64,000 nt of DNA, taken from a virus. Shown here piece after piece: positions 26,883-34,488 of this stretch (positions are counted from its first letter, which is position 1; every line of letters starts with the position of its first letter). The notes beneath the pieces are model-generated. The model was not told where the DNA came from. It did no database searches and saw only the letters and a list, made by a program, of their open reading frames with translations. The translations under genes and the position numbers were made by a program. The DNA lies in UHGV virus genome UHGV-1351068; one strand, 5' to 3'.

Positions 26883-26958
26883 TGGTGCCGGTTGACGGAA
26901 TCGAACCGCCGACCTTCTCATTACAAGTGAGTTGCTCTACCTACTGAGCTAAACCGGC
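26883..26958 (-). tRNA. tRNA-Thr (anticodon UGU), CCA encoded
   Basis: Reverse-complement GCCGGTTTAGCTCAGTAGGTAGAGCAACTCACTTGTAATGAGAAGGTCGGCGGTTCGATTCCGTCAACCGGCACCA folds as a cloverleaf; anticodon loop CTTGTAA. Confidence 0.85.
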
Positions 26959-27079
26959 ATATTTGGTGAAGAATTACCTACGTCACTAGGTTGGCTGTTC
27001 TGTCCACTTAAGGCTTGCAGCAGGAACACCATGGCTTTTCACCATTGATCCTCTCACGACTGAGACATTCTTCATAATT

Positions 27080-27164
27080 TGGTGCACCGAGAGGGATTCG
27101 AACCCTCAATCCCTGCGGCGTAGCATTTTAAGTGCTATGTGTATACCAGTTCCACCATCGATGC
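27080..27164 (-). tRNA. tRNA-Leu (anticodon UAA), type II
   Basis: GCATCGA...TAGCA-CTTAAAA-TGCTA; 13-nt variable arm; GAGGGTTCGAATCCCTC; TCGGTGC-A-CCA. Confidence 0.85.
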
Positions 27165-27168
27165 GAAA

Positions 27169-27245
27169 TGGTCGAGGCAGAAGGATTCGAACCTTCGACC
27201 TGCGGATTAGAAGTCCGCTGCTCTATCCAGCTGAGCTATGCCCCG
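27169..27245 (-). tRNA. tRNA-Arg (anticodon UCU)
   Basis: CGGGGCATAGCTCAGCTGGATAGAGCA-GCGGA-CTTCTAA-TCCGC-AGGTC-GAAGGTTCGAATCCTTC-TGCCTCG-A-CCA. Confidence 0.85.
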
Positions 27246-27249
27246 AGAG

Positions 27250-27376
27250 TGTTCAGGCAGGACTCGAACCTGCACGACTGATTCCGTCGGCGATTTACCA
27301 CCGTCGCCAGCATATGATGCAATATGCGAGCTCAAAAGGTGTCCGTCACCATGTCTACCGATTTCAACACTGAACA
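27250..27376 (-). ncRNA. about 126-nt tRNA-like/stable RNA candidate (T-arm plus 7-bp terminal pairing, no canonical cloverleaf)
   Basis: Ends tgttcag (27250-56) and ctgaaca (27370-76) are perfectly complementary; it contains GCAGGTTCGAGTCCTGC (a T-arm) and internal stem-loops (GGCGA/TCGCC, CGAC/GTCG). Confidence 0.35.
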
Positions 27377-27387
27377 AGATAATTATA

Positions 27388-27837
27388 TTACTGATTATTT
27401 ATAGCATTTCTTAAACGATAAAGTTGATTACAGAATTCGCGTTCAGTCAAAATCGTTTCAGAAATTTTATTTTTACCCATACTGTGAGTGAGTGTAGAAT
27501 TCCTGGTAGCAGCCAAAGCTCTTCTGAATCCTTCATTTTTACTAAGTGCATCGTATGCTCCTGTCAGTAAATTCTGATACGCTTCTGAAGCACGATGGAT
27601 TGGCACGCCTTTCCAATAAAGTGTTTGTGTTGGCCACCACCGTTTCTTTTTACCTTTGAACTTAGCCGATTTACCAACTAGTGTACATACATGTGCTTGC
27701 ATTTCAGGCGAAGAAAATTTGAGGGACTGCAAGAATCCCTCCATTGAGGCACATTCTACGCCATCATAGATAAATTTATGAGGAGCAAAGTTGCTCAAAG
27801 CACATGATGGATATGAACTACCTGAACCAATATCCAT
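27388..27837 (-). CDS. NADAR/YbiA-like (DUF1768) family protein (149 aa from the internal Met MDIGSGS)
   Basis: MDIGSGSSYPSCALSNFAPHKFIYDGVECASMEGFLQSLKF...WKGVPI: GSG...LSNF...F..DG..SxEHxxQ-type N-terminal signature of NADAR domains. Confidence 0.6.
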   Translation of the reverse strand: MDIGSGSSYPSCALSNFAPHKFIYDGVECASMEGFLQSLKFSSPEMQAHVCTLVGKSAKFKGKKKRWWPTQTLYWKGVPIHRASEAYQNLLTGAYDALSKNEGFRRALAATRNSTLTHSMGKNKISETILTEREFCNQLYRLRNAINNQ

Positions 27838-28394
27838 TACTTTTCCTTCACGTATTTCAACCAATCAACTTTTAACGGGCTTTCTTTTTGTTTATACGTA
27901 ATTCCAACATGGAATGCAACCGGGGCGTCAGGAATACGGATTTCTTCTTTAATGTCAAAGATTTCTACTTTCTCAAATACTCGCATGAAATCATAGTCAT
28001 ATTCAATTGGATTACCCAACCAAGCCTGAATAGCATACATAACTTCATTTGAACAAGAATAATGATCATCTAAATAAGCATCAAACTCTTCGTCTGAACA
28101 ATCATATGCAGGAACATCAACGCCAAAGAATTTCTTGGAAAATTCAGGAGTTACATACTTCTGTTCAGTATGAAGCTTTTCAAGAATTGCTTCATGGTTG
28201 TAATCATTATTTCCAAGGCATTCACAACGCCGACCACGAGAAGAGAACCATTCAAGAACGTGAATTACTTGATTAATCTCTTCTTTTTCTAAGCCATAAA
28301 CCATTTGGGTAGAATATCGGTCGGCATCATTTTCCCAAGTGGTAATTGCCATTGCTAAGCCTTTAGGAATAACTTGTCCAAATTTAACTTTCAT
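27837..28394 (-). CDS. hypothetical acidic protein (185 aa)
   Basis: ORF in the track. Confidence 0.55.
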   Translation of the reverse strand: MKVKFGQVIPKGLAMAITTWENDADRYSTQMVYGLEKEEINQVIHVLEWFSSRGRRCECLGNNDYNHEAILEKLHTEQKYVTPEFSKKFFGVDVPAYDCSDEEFDAYLDDHYSCSNEVMYAIQAWLGNPIEYDYDFMRVFEKVEIFDIKEEIRIPDAPVAFHVGITYKQKESPLKVDWLKYVKEK

Positions 28395-28590
28395 TATACA
28401 TTCCTCATATCTATTCGTTCTAAGGTATATTCTTTAAGAACAATCTGTTGACCACTTTTCAACAAGAATAATTGAATAGGATTTAATCCAAACCCGTGTT
28501 CTAAATCATGGTCAGTTAAATTTCTGTCGCAATAATTGAAATACATGTCAATTCTAACGAGAATGGTTTTCATAACTCCTCACACGAATT

Positions 28591-28667
28591 TGGTGACCCT
28601 GGCAAAGACTCGAACATGCAACCAATCCCTTATGAGGGGAACGCTCTACCAATTGAGCTACAGGGCC
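28591..28667 (-). tRNA. tRNA with anticodon CAU (Met or Ile2-like), solitary, with an imperfect T-stem
   Basis: GGCCCTG-TA-GCTCAATTGGTAGAGC-G-TTCCC-CTCATAA-GGGAT...GCATGTTCGAGTCTTTGC-CAGGGTC-A-CCA. Acceptor, D and anticodon arms are good; the T-stem has mismatches. Confidence 0.55.
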
Positions 28668-28744
28668 TTTATAGAAATCTTATGACTTTTATAAAAGCCC
28701 TCCGAAGAGGGCGCCTTGTCGGGCTATCCACCTGCTAGGCAGAA

Positions 28745-28969
28745 TTACTCACACATAAAATCAGCTACTTCCCAGAAGTCATTTTCAACTGCTACTTTAA
28801 CTACCGGAGAAATTTCAGATGTTTTAATAGAAACAATTACATCACCTGCGACAGTTTCTACCAGACCAACGATTTTCTCGCGGCGAGCAACAAATTTACT
28901 CACCGGATGGAATTTGCCGGTAGCAGCGAACATAGCTTCTTGGTCAACAATCAGTGCGATACGTTTCAT
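28745..28969 (-). CDS. hypothetical small protein (74 aa)
   Basis: ORF in the track. Confidence 0.45.
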   Translation of the reverse strand: MKRIALIVDQEAMFAATGKFHPVSKFVARREKIVGLVETVAGDVIVSIKTSEISPVVKVAVENDFWEVADFMCE

Positions 28970-29023
28970 TCTTTTTCCTTGTTTGTTTTGATGTAGTAAT
29001 AATAACAGGTTATTCTTGTAGCA

Positions 29024-29257
29024 TTAAATCTCGAAAATCGTTCCGTTTTCCCACATTGTTGCGAACATAGGAGAAACCTTAACGAATGATTTGCTTCGCA
29101 TTGCAACGTAGTCGTTATCTACTTTAGCCAATCCTGAAGCAATATCAGTAATACGGCCACACCTCATAGAACCACGACCACCTTTATTATATGTACGTTC
29201 TCCGTAGAAAACGATATCGCCAACTTGCACTTCTCGACCTTTAGAATCTTTCATCAT
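29024..29257 (-). CDS. hypothetical protein (track ORF trimmed to the internal Met)
   Basis: ORF in the track; start uncertain. Confidence 0.4.
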   Translation of the reverse strand: MMKDSKGREVQVGDIVFYGERTYNKGGRGSMRCGRITDIASGLAKVDNDYVAMRSKSFVKVSPMFATMWENGTIFEI

Positions 29258-29606
29258 ATTTTGCCTGCTGAATTCGTTTAAAATCGTTAACAAGTTCTTT
29301 TGGGTCTGACGCATTGTTAAATGGAAGAACTTGACGTAGTTTACTTATTTTACATCCGGTATGATAAGCAATAACTTCTTGAATATCACGTTCACTGAAG
29401 TACTCATATTTAATTAATGCTTCATATCTGCATTTAATCCAAACCCACATACCTTTGCGTTCATCAAAAGTGTATGCAAAATCAGCATGAAGCATTAAAT
29501 CACGTTCAGATTTACATAATCCTAAAGCAAAATTAGTTGGACGATTCCATTGTAATTTCACCGTAATAGCATTTACGCTATTTGCTACACCGATAAAGAT
29601 ATTCAT
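29241..29606 (-). CDS. hypothetical protein (121 aa)
   Basis: ORF in the track. Confidence 0.5.
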   Translation of the reverse strand: MNIFIGVANSVNAITVKLQWNRPTNFALGLCKSERDLMLHADFAYTFDERKGMWVWIKCRYEALIKYEYFSERDIQEVIAYHTGCKISKLRQVLPFNNASDPKELVNDFKRIQQAKYDERF

Positions 29607-29812
29607 TCTATTTCCTTCGCTTGATTTTGGTCTTCTTGTCGTGCACGAGAACGTCCTGCTTTATGCAGTGATTCGTAATATGCTCGACGTCTATCAATGT
29701 TTTCTGTACGATATGCTTTCCCGAAATGGGATGTTTTGAAGCCGTAGTATTTCATAATATAATTCTCAATGGCAAGTGATTGGACGGTATGCCCGGCCTC
29801 GAACCGAGTCAC
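29603..29812 (-). CDS. hypothetical small basic protein (69 aa)
   Basis: ORF in the track; its 5' end overlaps a tRNA-3'-half-like sequence (see findings). Confidence 0.4.
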   Translation of the reverse strand: MTRFEAGHTVQSLAIENYIMKYYGFKTSHFGKAYRTENIDRRRAYYESLHKAGRSRARQEDQNQAKEIE

Positions 29813-29930
29813 ACTGACTTTGCAGAATCCGTGTGTTTAATATATCACCCATACTCGATAGCATATCTGAACGAGACTGCAATCCCGCTACTCAGCTTAC
29901 ACCATCTTGTATTGTGTCATACCGATAATT

Positions 29931-30007
29931 TGGTCTCCATAGAATGACTCGAACATTCGACCTTTCCATCCCAAATGGAACGCTCTACCAGGCTGAGCTA
30001 TACGGAG
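29931..30007 (-). tRNA. tRNA-Pro (anticodon UGG)
   Basis: CTCCGTA-TA-GCTCAGCCTGGTAGAGC-G-TTCCA-TTTGGGA-TGGAA-AGGTC-GAATGTTCGAGTCATTC-TATGGAG-A-CCA. Confidence 0.85.
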
Positions 30008-30012
30008 TAATT

Positions 30013-30087
30013 TGGAGCATCCAGGGAGAATCGAACTCCCATCTTCTGGGTGGAAGCCAGACATAATATCCGCTATACGATGGATGC
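30013..30087 (-). tRNA. tRNA-Gly (anticodon UCC)
   Basis: GCATCCA...TCTGG-CTTCCAC-CCAGA...GGGAGTTCGATTCTCCC-TGGATGC-T-CCA. Confidence 0.85.
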
Positions 30088-30092
30088 AAATT

Positions 30093-30167
30093 TGGCAGGC
30101 CCTGAAGGAATCGAACCCTCATCACTGGGTTTGGAGCCCAGCATAATAGCCGTTATACTAAGAACCT
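30093..30167 (-). tRNA. tRNA-Trp (anticodon CCA)
   Basis: AGGTTCT...CTGGG-CTCCAAA-CCCAG...GAGGGTTCGATTCCTTC-AGGGCCT-G-CCA. The acceptor stem includes two G-U pairs. Confidence 0.7.
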
Positions 30168-30174
30168 GTTGTTT

Positions 30175-30250
30175 TGGTGCGAATACCTGGGCTCGAACCA
30201 GGGACCTACCGCTTATCGGGCGGTTGCTCTACCAACTGAGCTATATTCGC
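30175..30250 (-). tRNA. tRNA-Ile (anticodon GAU)
   Basis: GCGAATA-TA-GCTCAGTTGGTAGAGC-A-ACCGC-CCGATAA-GCGGT-AGGTC-CCTGGTTCGAGCCCAGG-TATTCGC-A-CCA. Confidence 0.85.
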
Positions 30251-30254
30251 GAAT

Positions 30255-30339
30255 TGGCGGAGAGTAAAGGAGTTGAACCCTCACCGTTTCCGATGGCCCG
30301 GATTTCAAGTCCGGTTTGCTACCACTAGCGCTACTCTCC
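30255..30339 (-). tRNA. tRNA-Ser (anticodon UGA), type II
   Basis: GGAGAGT...CCGGA-CTTGAAA-TCCGG, long variable arm, ...ACTCTCC-G-CCA. Confidence 0.85.
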
Positions 30340-30344
30340 AATGT

Positions 30345-30420
30345 TGGGGTGGCCGGCGGAATTCGAATCCGCGACATCGAGGATCACAACCTCGGGTTCT
30401 ACCAACTGAACTACGACCAC
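30345..30420 (-). tRNA. tRNA-His (anticodon GUG)
   Basis: GTGGTCG-TA-GTTCAGTTGGTAGAAC-C-CGAGG-TTGTGAT-CCTCG-ATGTC-GCGGATTCGAATTCCGC-CGGCCAC-C-CCA. Confidence 0.85.
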
Positions 30421-30515
30421 ATCAATATTCACTCCATCCATCATGAGGACTTCATACGGTAGCTAAAGCAGGTTCATGACTTCTGCCTACACATCGTGTT
30501 GAATGAATATTAATT

Positions 30516-30590
30516 TGGCTGAACCACCTGGACTCGAACCAGGGATCGTAGGATCAAAACCTACTGCCTTACCAACTTGGCTATGATTCA
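30516..30590 (-). tRNA. tRNA-Gln (anticodon UUG)
   Basis: TGAATCA-TA-GCC-AAGTTGGTAA-GGC-A-GTAGG-TTTTGAT-CCTAC-GATC-CCTGGTTCGAGTCCAGG-TGGTTCA-G-CCA. Confidence 0.8.
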
Positions 30591-30596
30591 ATTGTT

Positions 30597-30672
30597 TGGA
30601 GGCGGAGGCAGGATTCGAACCTGCGCGTGTCGGGATATGAGCCCAACATTCTACCAACTGAAGTTACCCCGC
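30597..30672 (-). tRNA. tRNA-Met-like (anticodon CAU); acceptor stem does not pair as read, so a possible pseudo- or chimeric tRNA
   Basis: D-arm, anticodon arm (TTGGG-CTCATAT-CCCGA) and T-arm (GCAGGTTCGAATCCTGC) are good, but 5' GCGGGGT cannot pair with 3' CTCCGCC. Confidence 0.45.
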
Positions 30673-30834
30673 ATTTATCCGGGTTCTTGAAGTACTAACA
30701 AGTAGCTTGATGTAGAACACGCTAAAGATATAATCTTACGAATATAGAGCTTATTCCGTGGGAACAAACAGCTTCGTCCTCGGCATTATCTTATAGGACT
30801 CAAACTCATCTTCAAGAACTGCCACGTTCTTATT

Positions 30835-30910
30835 TGGCGGACCTAACGGAATTCGAATCCGTGACTCTCGCGTGACAGGCGAGTATTTTAACCGCTGAAA
30901 CTATAGGTCC
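30835..30910 (-). tRNA. tRNA-Asp (anticodon GUC)
   Basis: GGACCTA-TA-GTTTCAGCGGTTAAAAT-A-CTCGC-CTGTCAC-GCGAG-AGTC-ACGGATTCGAATTCCGT-TAGGTCC-G-CCA. Confidence 0.85.
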
Positions 30911-31140
30911 ATAATTCGCTTTCAGAGATACTCTGGCACGATGCCGAAGCAAAGGGGAACAGGACTCTCATCACCTTGGTACCAGATGAATCTTGTTTAG
31001 CACTCTGTTCTAAGATGTATCCCTGAAAGCGAACTTTCAACGCCGTAAGAAATTATAAGCACGTAGTTATCGTTGAGGGAACTCGTACACAGGGAATTCT
31101 ATGCCGACGATTTATCAGAACGTCTTCTGACTTCTTCATT

Positions 31141-31225
31141 TGGCGGGCCGTGCAGGTATCGAACCTGCCTAGTCATTTCTGACACGGATTAACAGTCCGT
31201 CGCTTACCCTCTCAGCCAACGACCC
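31141..31225 (-). tRNA. type-II (long variable arm) tRNA with anticodon GUU (Asn?); unusual
   Basis: GGGTCGT-TG-GCT-GAGAGGGTA-AGC-G-ACGGA-CTGTTAA-TCCGT-GTCAGAAATGACTAG-GCAGGTTCGATACCTGC-ACGGCCC-G-CCA. The 15-nt variable arm forms a stem GTCA/TGAC; this is Tyr/Ser-like architecture but the anticodon is GUU. Confidence 0.6.
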
Positions 31226-31230
31226 GAATT

Positions 31231-31307
31231 TGGTGGGACACCGAAGACTCGAACTTCGGACACCCGGATTAAAAGTCCGGTGCTCTAACCAACTGAGCTA
31301 GTATCCC
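31231..31307 (-). tRNA. tRNA-Lys (anticodon UUU)
   Basis: GGGATAC-TA-GCTCAGTTGGTTAGAGC-A-CCGGA-CTTTTAA-TCCGG-GTGTC-CGAAGTTCGAGTCTTCG-GTGTCCC-A-CCA. Confidence 0.85.
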
Positions 31308-31313
31308 TAAATT

Positions 31314-31400
31314 TGGTGGGGAGTAATGGAGTCGAACCACTCGAGCCTTTTGAGCAACAGATTTACAGTCTGTCCCGCTACCCCTACGGTCTAACTCCCC
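31314..31400 (-). tRNA. tRNA-Tyr (anticodon GUA), type II
   Basis: GGGGAGT...ACAGA-CTGTAAA-TCTGT, long variable arm, GTGGTTCGACTCCAT-TACTCCCC-A-CCA. Confidence 0.85.
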
Positions 31401-31412
31401 AATGGGTAATTT

Positions 31413-31420
31413 TATTTATA
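31413..31420 (-). promoter_or_regulatory. T4 late-promoter -10 box (TATAAATA on the minus strand) 13 nt upstream of the tRNA array
   Basis: Plus strand tatttata at 31413-31420. Confidence 0.45.
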
Positions 31421-31482
31421 CTGCCCTGAAATTAATAAGAGCAGTTGATAGATTAATAATAACAAAGAAAACCTAAAGCATA

Positions 31483-31833
31483 TTACACAATCGGTGAGCT
31501 CTTTGATTTAACCAGGAATACCCGATGTGGTGAATCCATATGAGAGAGCAATACCCGGTGCTCAGGAATTGGACTTGTATGGAAAGGAACCACACGATAG
31601 CCTTTAGGTGTAAATCCTAACAAAATACCAACACTTGCTGCCGAAAGCGACCCGCCACAGTAGTATGATACTAAATCACCAGGCTGGATTTCATTGTCAA
31701 GAGAATCGGTTTTTGTATGTTTAGGCGTAACTAAATCATTAGGAATTGGAACGCCTTGTGCATCATAGTATTCATGGGCAAGAAGCTTATAATTCTCTTG
31801 ATAGAAAGTATTAAATGCAGCTCTGATATTCAT
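31483..31833 (-). CDS. hypothetical protein (about 116 aa from the internal Met; track ORF extends to 31893)
   Basis: ORF in the track. Confidence 0.45.
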   Translation of the reverse strand: MNIRAAFNTFYQENYKLLAHEYYDAQGVPIPNDLVTPKHTKTDSLDNEIQPGDLVSYYCGGSLSAASVGILLGFTPKGYRVVPFHTSPIPEHRVLLSHMDSPHRVFLVKSKSSPIV

Positions 31834-31849
31834 CACAATTTCCTCACAA

Positions 31850-32035
31850 TTAATCTTTGTATGCTTCAGTTGAACCTTTAGCAACGGTTTCAAATCGGGA
31901 ATTCAGTATCTCAAAATAGTCTTGATACGTTCCCTGGAGGGCTTCATAGCATTCTTCTACTGTAGAGTAGACACCTCTGATTTGGTCAGAGCCAGGAGCA
32001 GGATAATAATTAGACCAAGTTAAAAGTGCATACAT
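31850..32035 (-). CDS. hypothetical small protein (61 aa)
   Basis: ORF in the track. Confidence 0.4.
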   Translation of the reverse strand: MYALLTWSNYYPAPGSDQIRGVYSTVEECYEALQGTYQDYFEILNSRFETVAKGSTEAYKD

Positions 32036-32036
32036 T

Positions 32037-32216
32037 ACTTACGTTTCCAGCTATAATGAGCCAACATTAGAAGCACTGCAATTGCTAATAAAGATGATTG
32101 CAATGCTGCCAGTAGTGCACCTAGTCCTACACCCAAAGTAACATAATCATACTTAGTTACTTCTTCACGGTTTAAATCATAGTTTTTGATGAACCATTGC
32201 TTAATCTTTTTCATGC
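32037..32216 (-). CDS. small membrane protein (59 aa), not in the track
   Basis: MKKIKQWFIKNYDLNREEVTKYDYVTLGVGLGALLAALQSSLLAIAVLLMLAHYSWKRK. Confidence 0.35.
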
Positions 32217-32380
32217 GCTATTTTATCCATTATGAAAGAAATGATACCCATTAGAAATGCAACACTTAACACTGATACTGTTTCAGGAAGAGACATAAAG
32301 GCTGCACCGATAATGCCAAAACCCAATGCTCCCATGCAGATAGTTGATGCAACATTTCTAATTAATTCACAACGTTTCAT
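32216..32380 (-). CDS. small membrane protein (54 aa), not in the track
   Basis: MKRCELIRNVASTICMGALGFGIIGAAFMSLPETVSVLSVAFLMGIISFIMDKI; preceded by an early promoter at 32407-32436. Confidence 0.35.
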
Positions 32381-32401
32381 TTTATTCTCCTCAAGTTGAT
32401 A

Positions 32402-32436
32402 GGGTTATAGTATCACTACTACAACCCGTTGTAAAC
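32402..32436 (-). promoter_or_regulatory. T4-type early promoter in inverted repeat GGGTT/AACCC, PeSL-like
   Basis: tatagtatca at 32407-32416 and gtaaac at 32431-32436; inverted repeat at 32402-32427. Confidence 0.55.
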
Positions 32437-32455
32437 AACTTTGTGAAATAAATTT

Positions 32456-33143
<688 letters not shown>

Positions 33144-33147
<4 letters not shown>

Positions 33148-33881
33148 TTTTGAATTCCTAATATAGTGTTGATTTTTGAATAAAGCTCTTCTAGAGAACC
33201 GTCGTTAGTTATTACGATATCGCCTTCGCGAATCGGAAGTCCACGCTCTGTGACGTGAGTATCTTTTTTAGAACCTTCTTGCTCAGGACGAACTACATGA
33301 ATAACTGTAGCACCCATCGCCCTGGCTACATCAAGTTCATGGTCTTGACGAGTATCTGGTACAATGAAATAATCATAATCACCAAAAGTATCAGCCATAA
33401 CCAAAGTAAATCGTTTTACCCAATACATGCGATCGAGCTTATCACAGACAATGTCAGTCCCAAGGGTCTGCATGAGACGACGAATTGACCATGGCTCAAC
33501 AGGTTTATTTATTACAACTTTACGGATGACTTCCATCGTATCACCGTCAAGTATTTTACGTTTGTTATCATAAACCACGCCAGGTAAAGGCAAATCATGA
33601 TGGACGTATTCAATGGCATTCGCCATAATACGAATCACGTCTTTAGTAGACAGATTTAAATCCTGCTCACGATCGTAATCAATACCTTCAATCATTGACC
33701 GAGTAATGCGAGGAAACTGACGTGATGTATCGCGATACCACTCAGTAAGCATTGCATCAGCCAACGCATCTTTAATTGGACCTGCTAACTGATGCTTTGT
33801 TGCGTTATAGTTATCCATAATGTAGTCAGCAGTTGTATCTTTGCCACTACGTTTTTTACCAATCAAAAATAAAAGCTTCAA
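33144..33881 (-). CDS. 1: deoxynucleoside monophosphate kinase (gene 1)
   Basis: MKLLFLIGKKRSGKDTTADYIM...QLAGPIKDALA...WSIRRLMQTLGTD...RMYWVK...YFIVPDTRQDHE...ARAMGATVIHVVRP matches T4 gp1. Confidence 0.9.
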
Positions 33882-33885
33882 ATTA

Positions 33886-34488
33886 TTACCTCATAGAAGG
33901 ATGCATTCCCATAACTTTCTGTTGATACTGGGATTCGCGAGTATCATTGACAGAAGGTCTACCAGTAATTATTATACCATCTTTTTCAACTTCAATGTAT
34001 TTGTACTGCAAAGTTGCTACACATACCATTGCTGGGTCGGATTCTTCGGTTAAAGAATACTCAATTTCAGATAAATCACTCACCCAACCCCCGATGTAGC
34101 GGACAGTTAATACTATATCATGTTTATCGTTATCAAGAACATGCATTAAAACTGCACCAGGAAATCCTTCACCGCCGTTATTCCATCCAGACTTGTCTCG
34201 GTCAATGTAGTTTTGACAGCTTAACATCCATTTGTACATTTGTACCCATGAATCAAGGTTTTCGTCTACTAAAAATCTAACAGGAACAGCGTCAAATTCA
34301 AAGGTAGACCCAGGCAATTTAGCACGGTGCATGCCTTGCGGCGAACCCACAGTATCAGTAGCAGGAATATGAATTCCAGGAACTACAGCTGTTTGAAGAT
34401 TAGCTTTAAATGCTTGGGTGAGGCCCCCGTCAGGGACCTCTAATATAAAGTTAGTTGTGTTAGTTTGATTAAACAGTCCAGTAGACAT
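33886..34488 (-). CDS. 3: tail completion/sheath stabilizer gp3 (start taken at MSTGLFNQ)
   Basis: Position between 1 and 2; the upstream in-frame extension in the track ORF would overlap gene 2. Confidence 0.7.
   Translation of the reverse strand: MSTGLFNQTNTTNFILEVPDGGLTQAFKANLQTAVVPGIHIPATDTVGSPQGMHRAKLPGSTFEFDAVPVRFLVDENLDSWVQMYKWMLSCQNYIDRDKSGWNNGGEGFPGAVLMHVLDNDKHDIVLTVRYIGGWVSDLSEIEYSLTEESDPAMVCVATLQYKYIEVEKDGIIITGRPSVNDTRESQYQQKVMGMHPSMR

Noticed and set aside
29781-29808. tRNA 3'-half-like sequence (T-arm plus acceptor plus CCA), considered as a real tRNA gene.
   Set aside because: No matching 5' half could be found, and it overlaps the start of ORF 29603-29812. Reported only as a possible relic.
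26959-31140. Search for a homing endonuclease (seg/mob) or group I intron in the tRNA region and late genes.
   Set aside because: There are no ORFs of suitable size or motif (GIY-YIG, HNH, LAGLIDADG) in the gaps. Gene 5, 17, 18, 20 and 23 reading frames are uninterrupted.
9459-32436. Recurrent tatagtatca...gtaaac motif, considered as a CRISPR-like or transposon-end repeat.
   Set aside because: Spacing and sequence match the T4 early-promoter -10/-35 consensus on the minus strand. The copies are not regularly spaced and there are no cas genes. Interpreted as promoters/PeSL cassettes.
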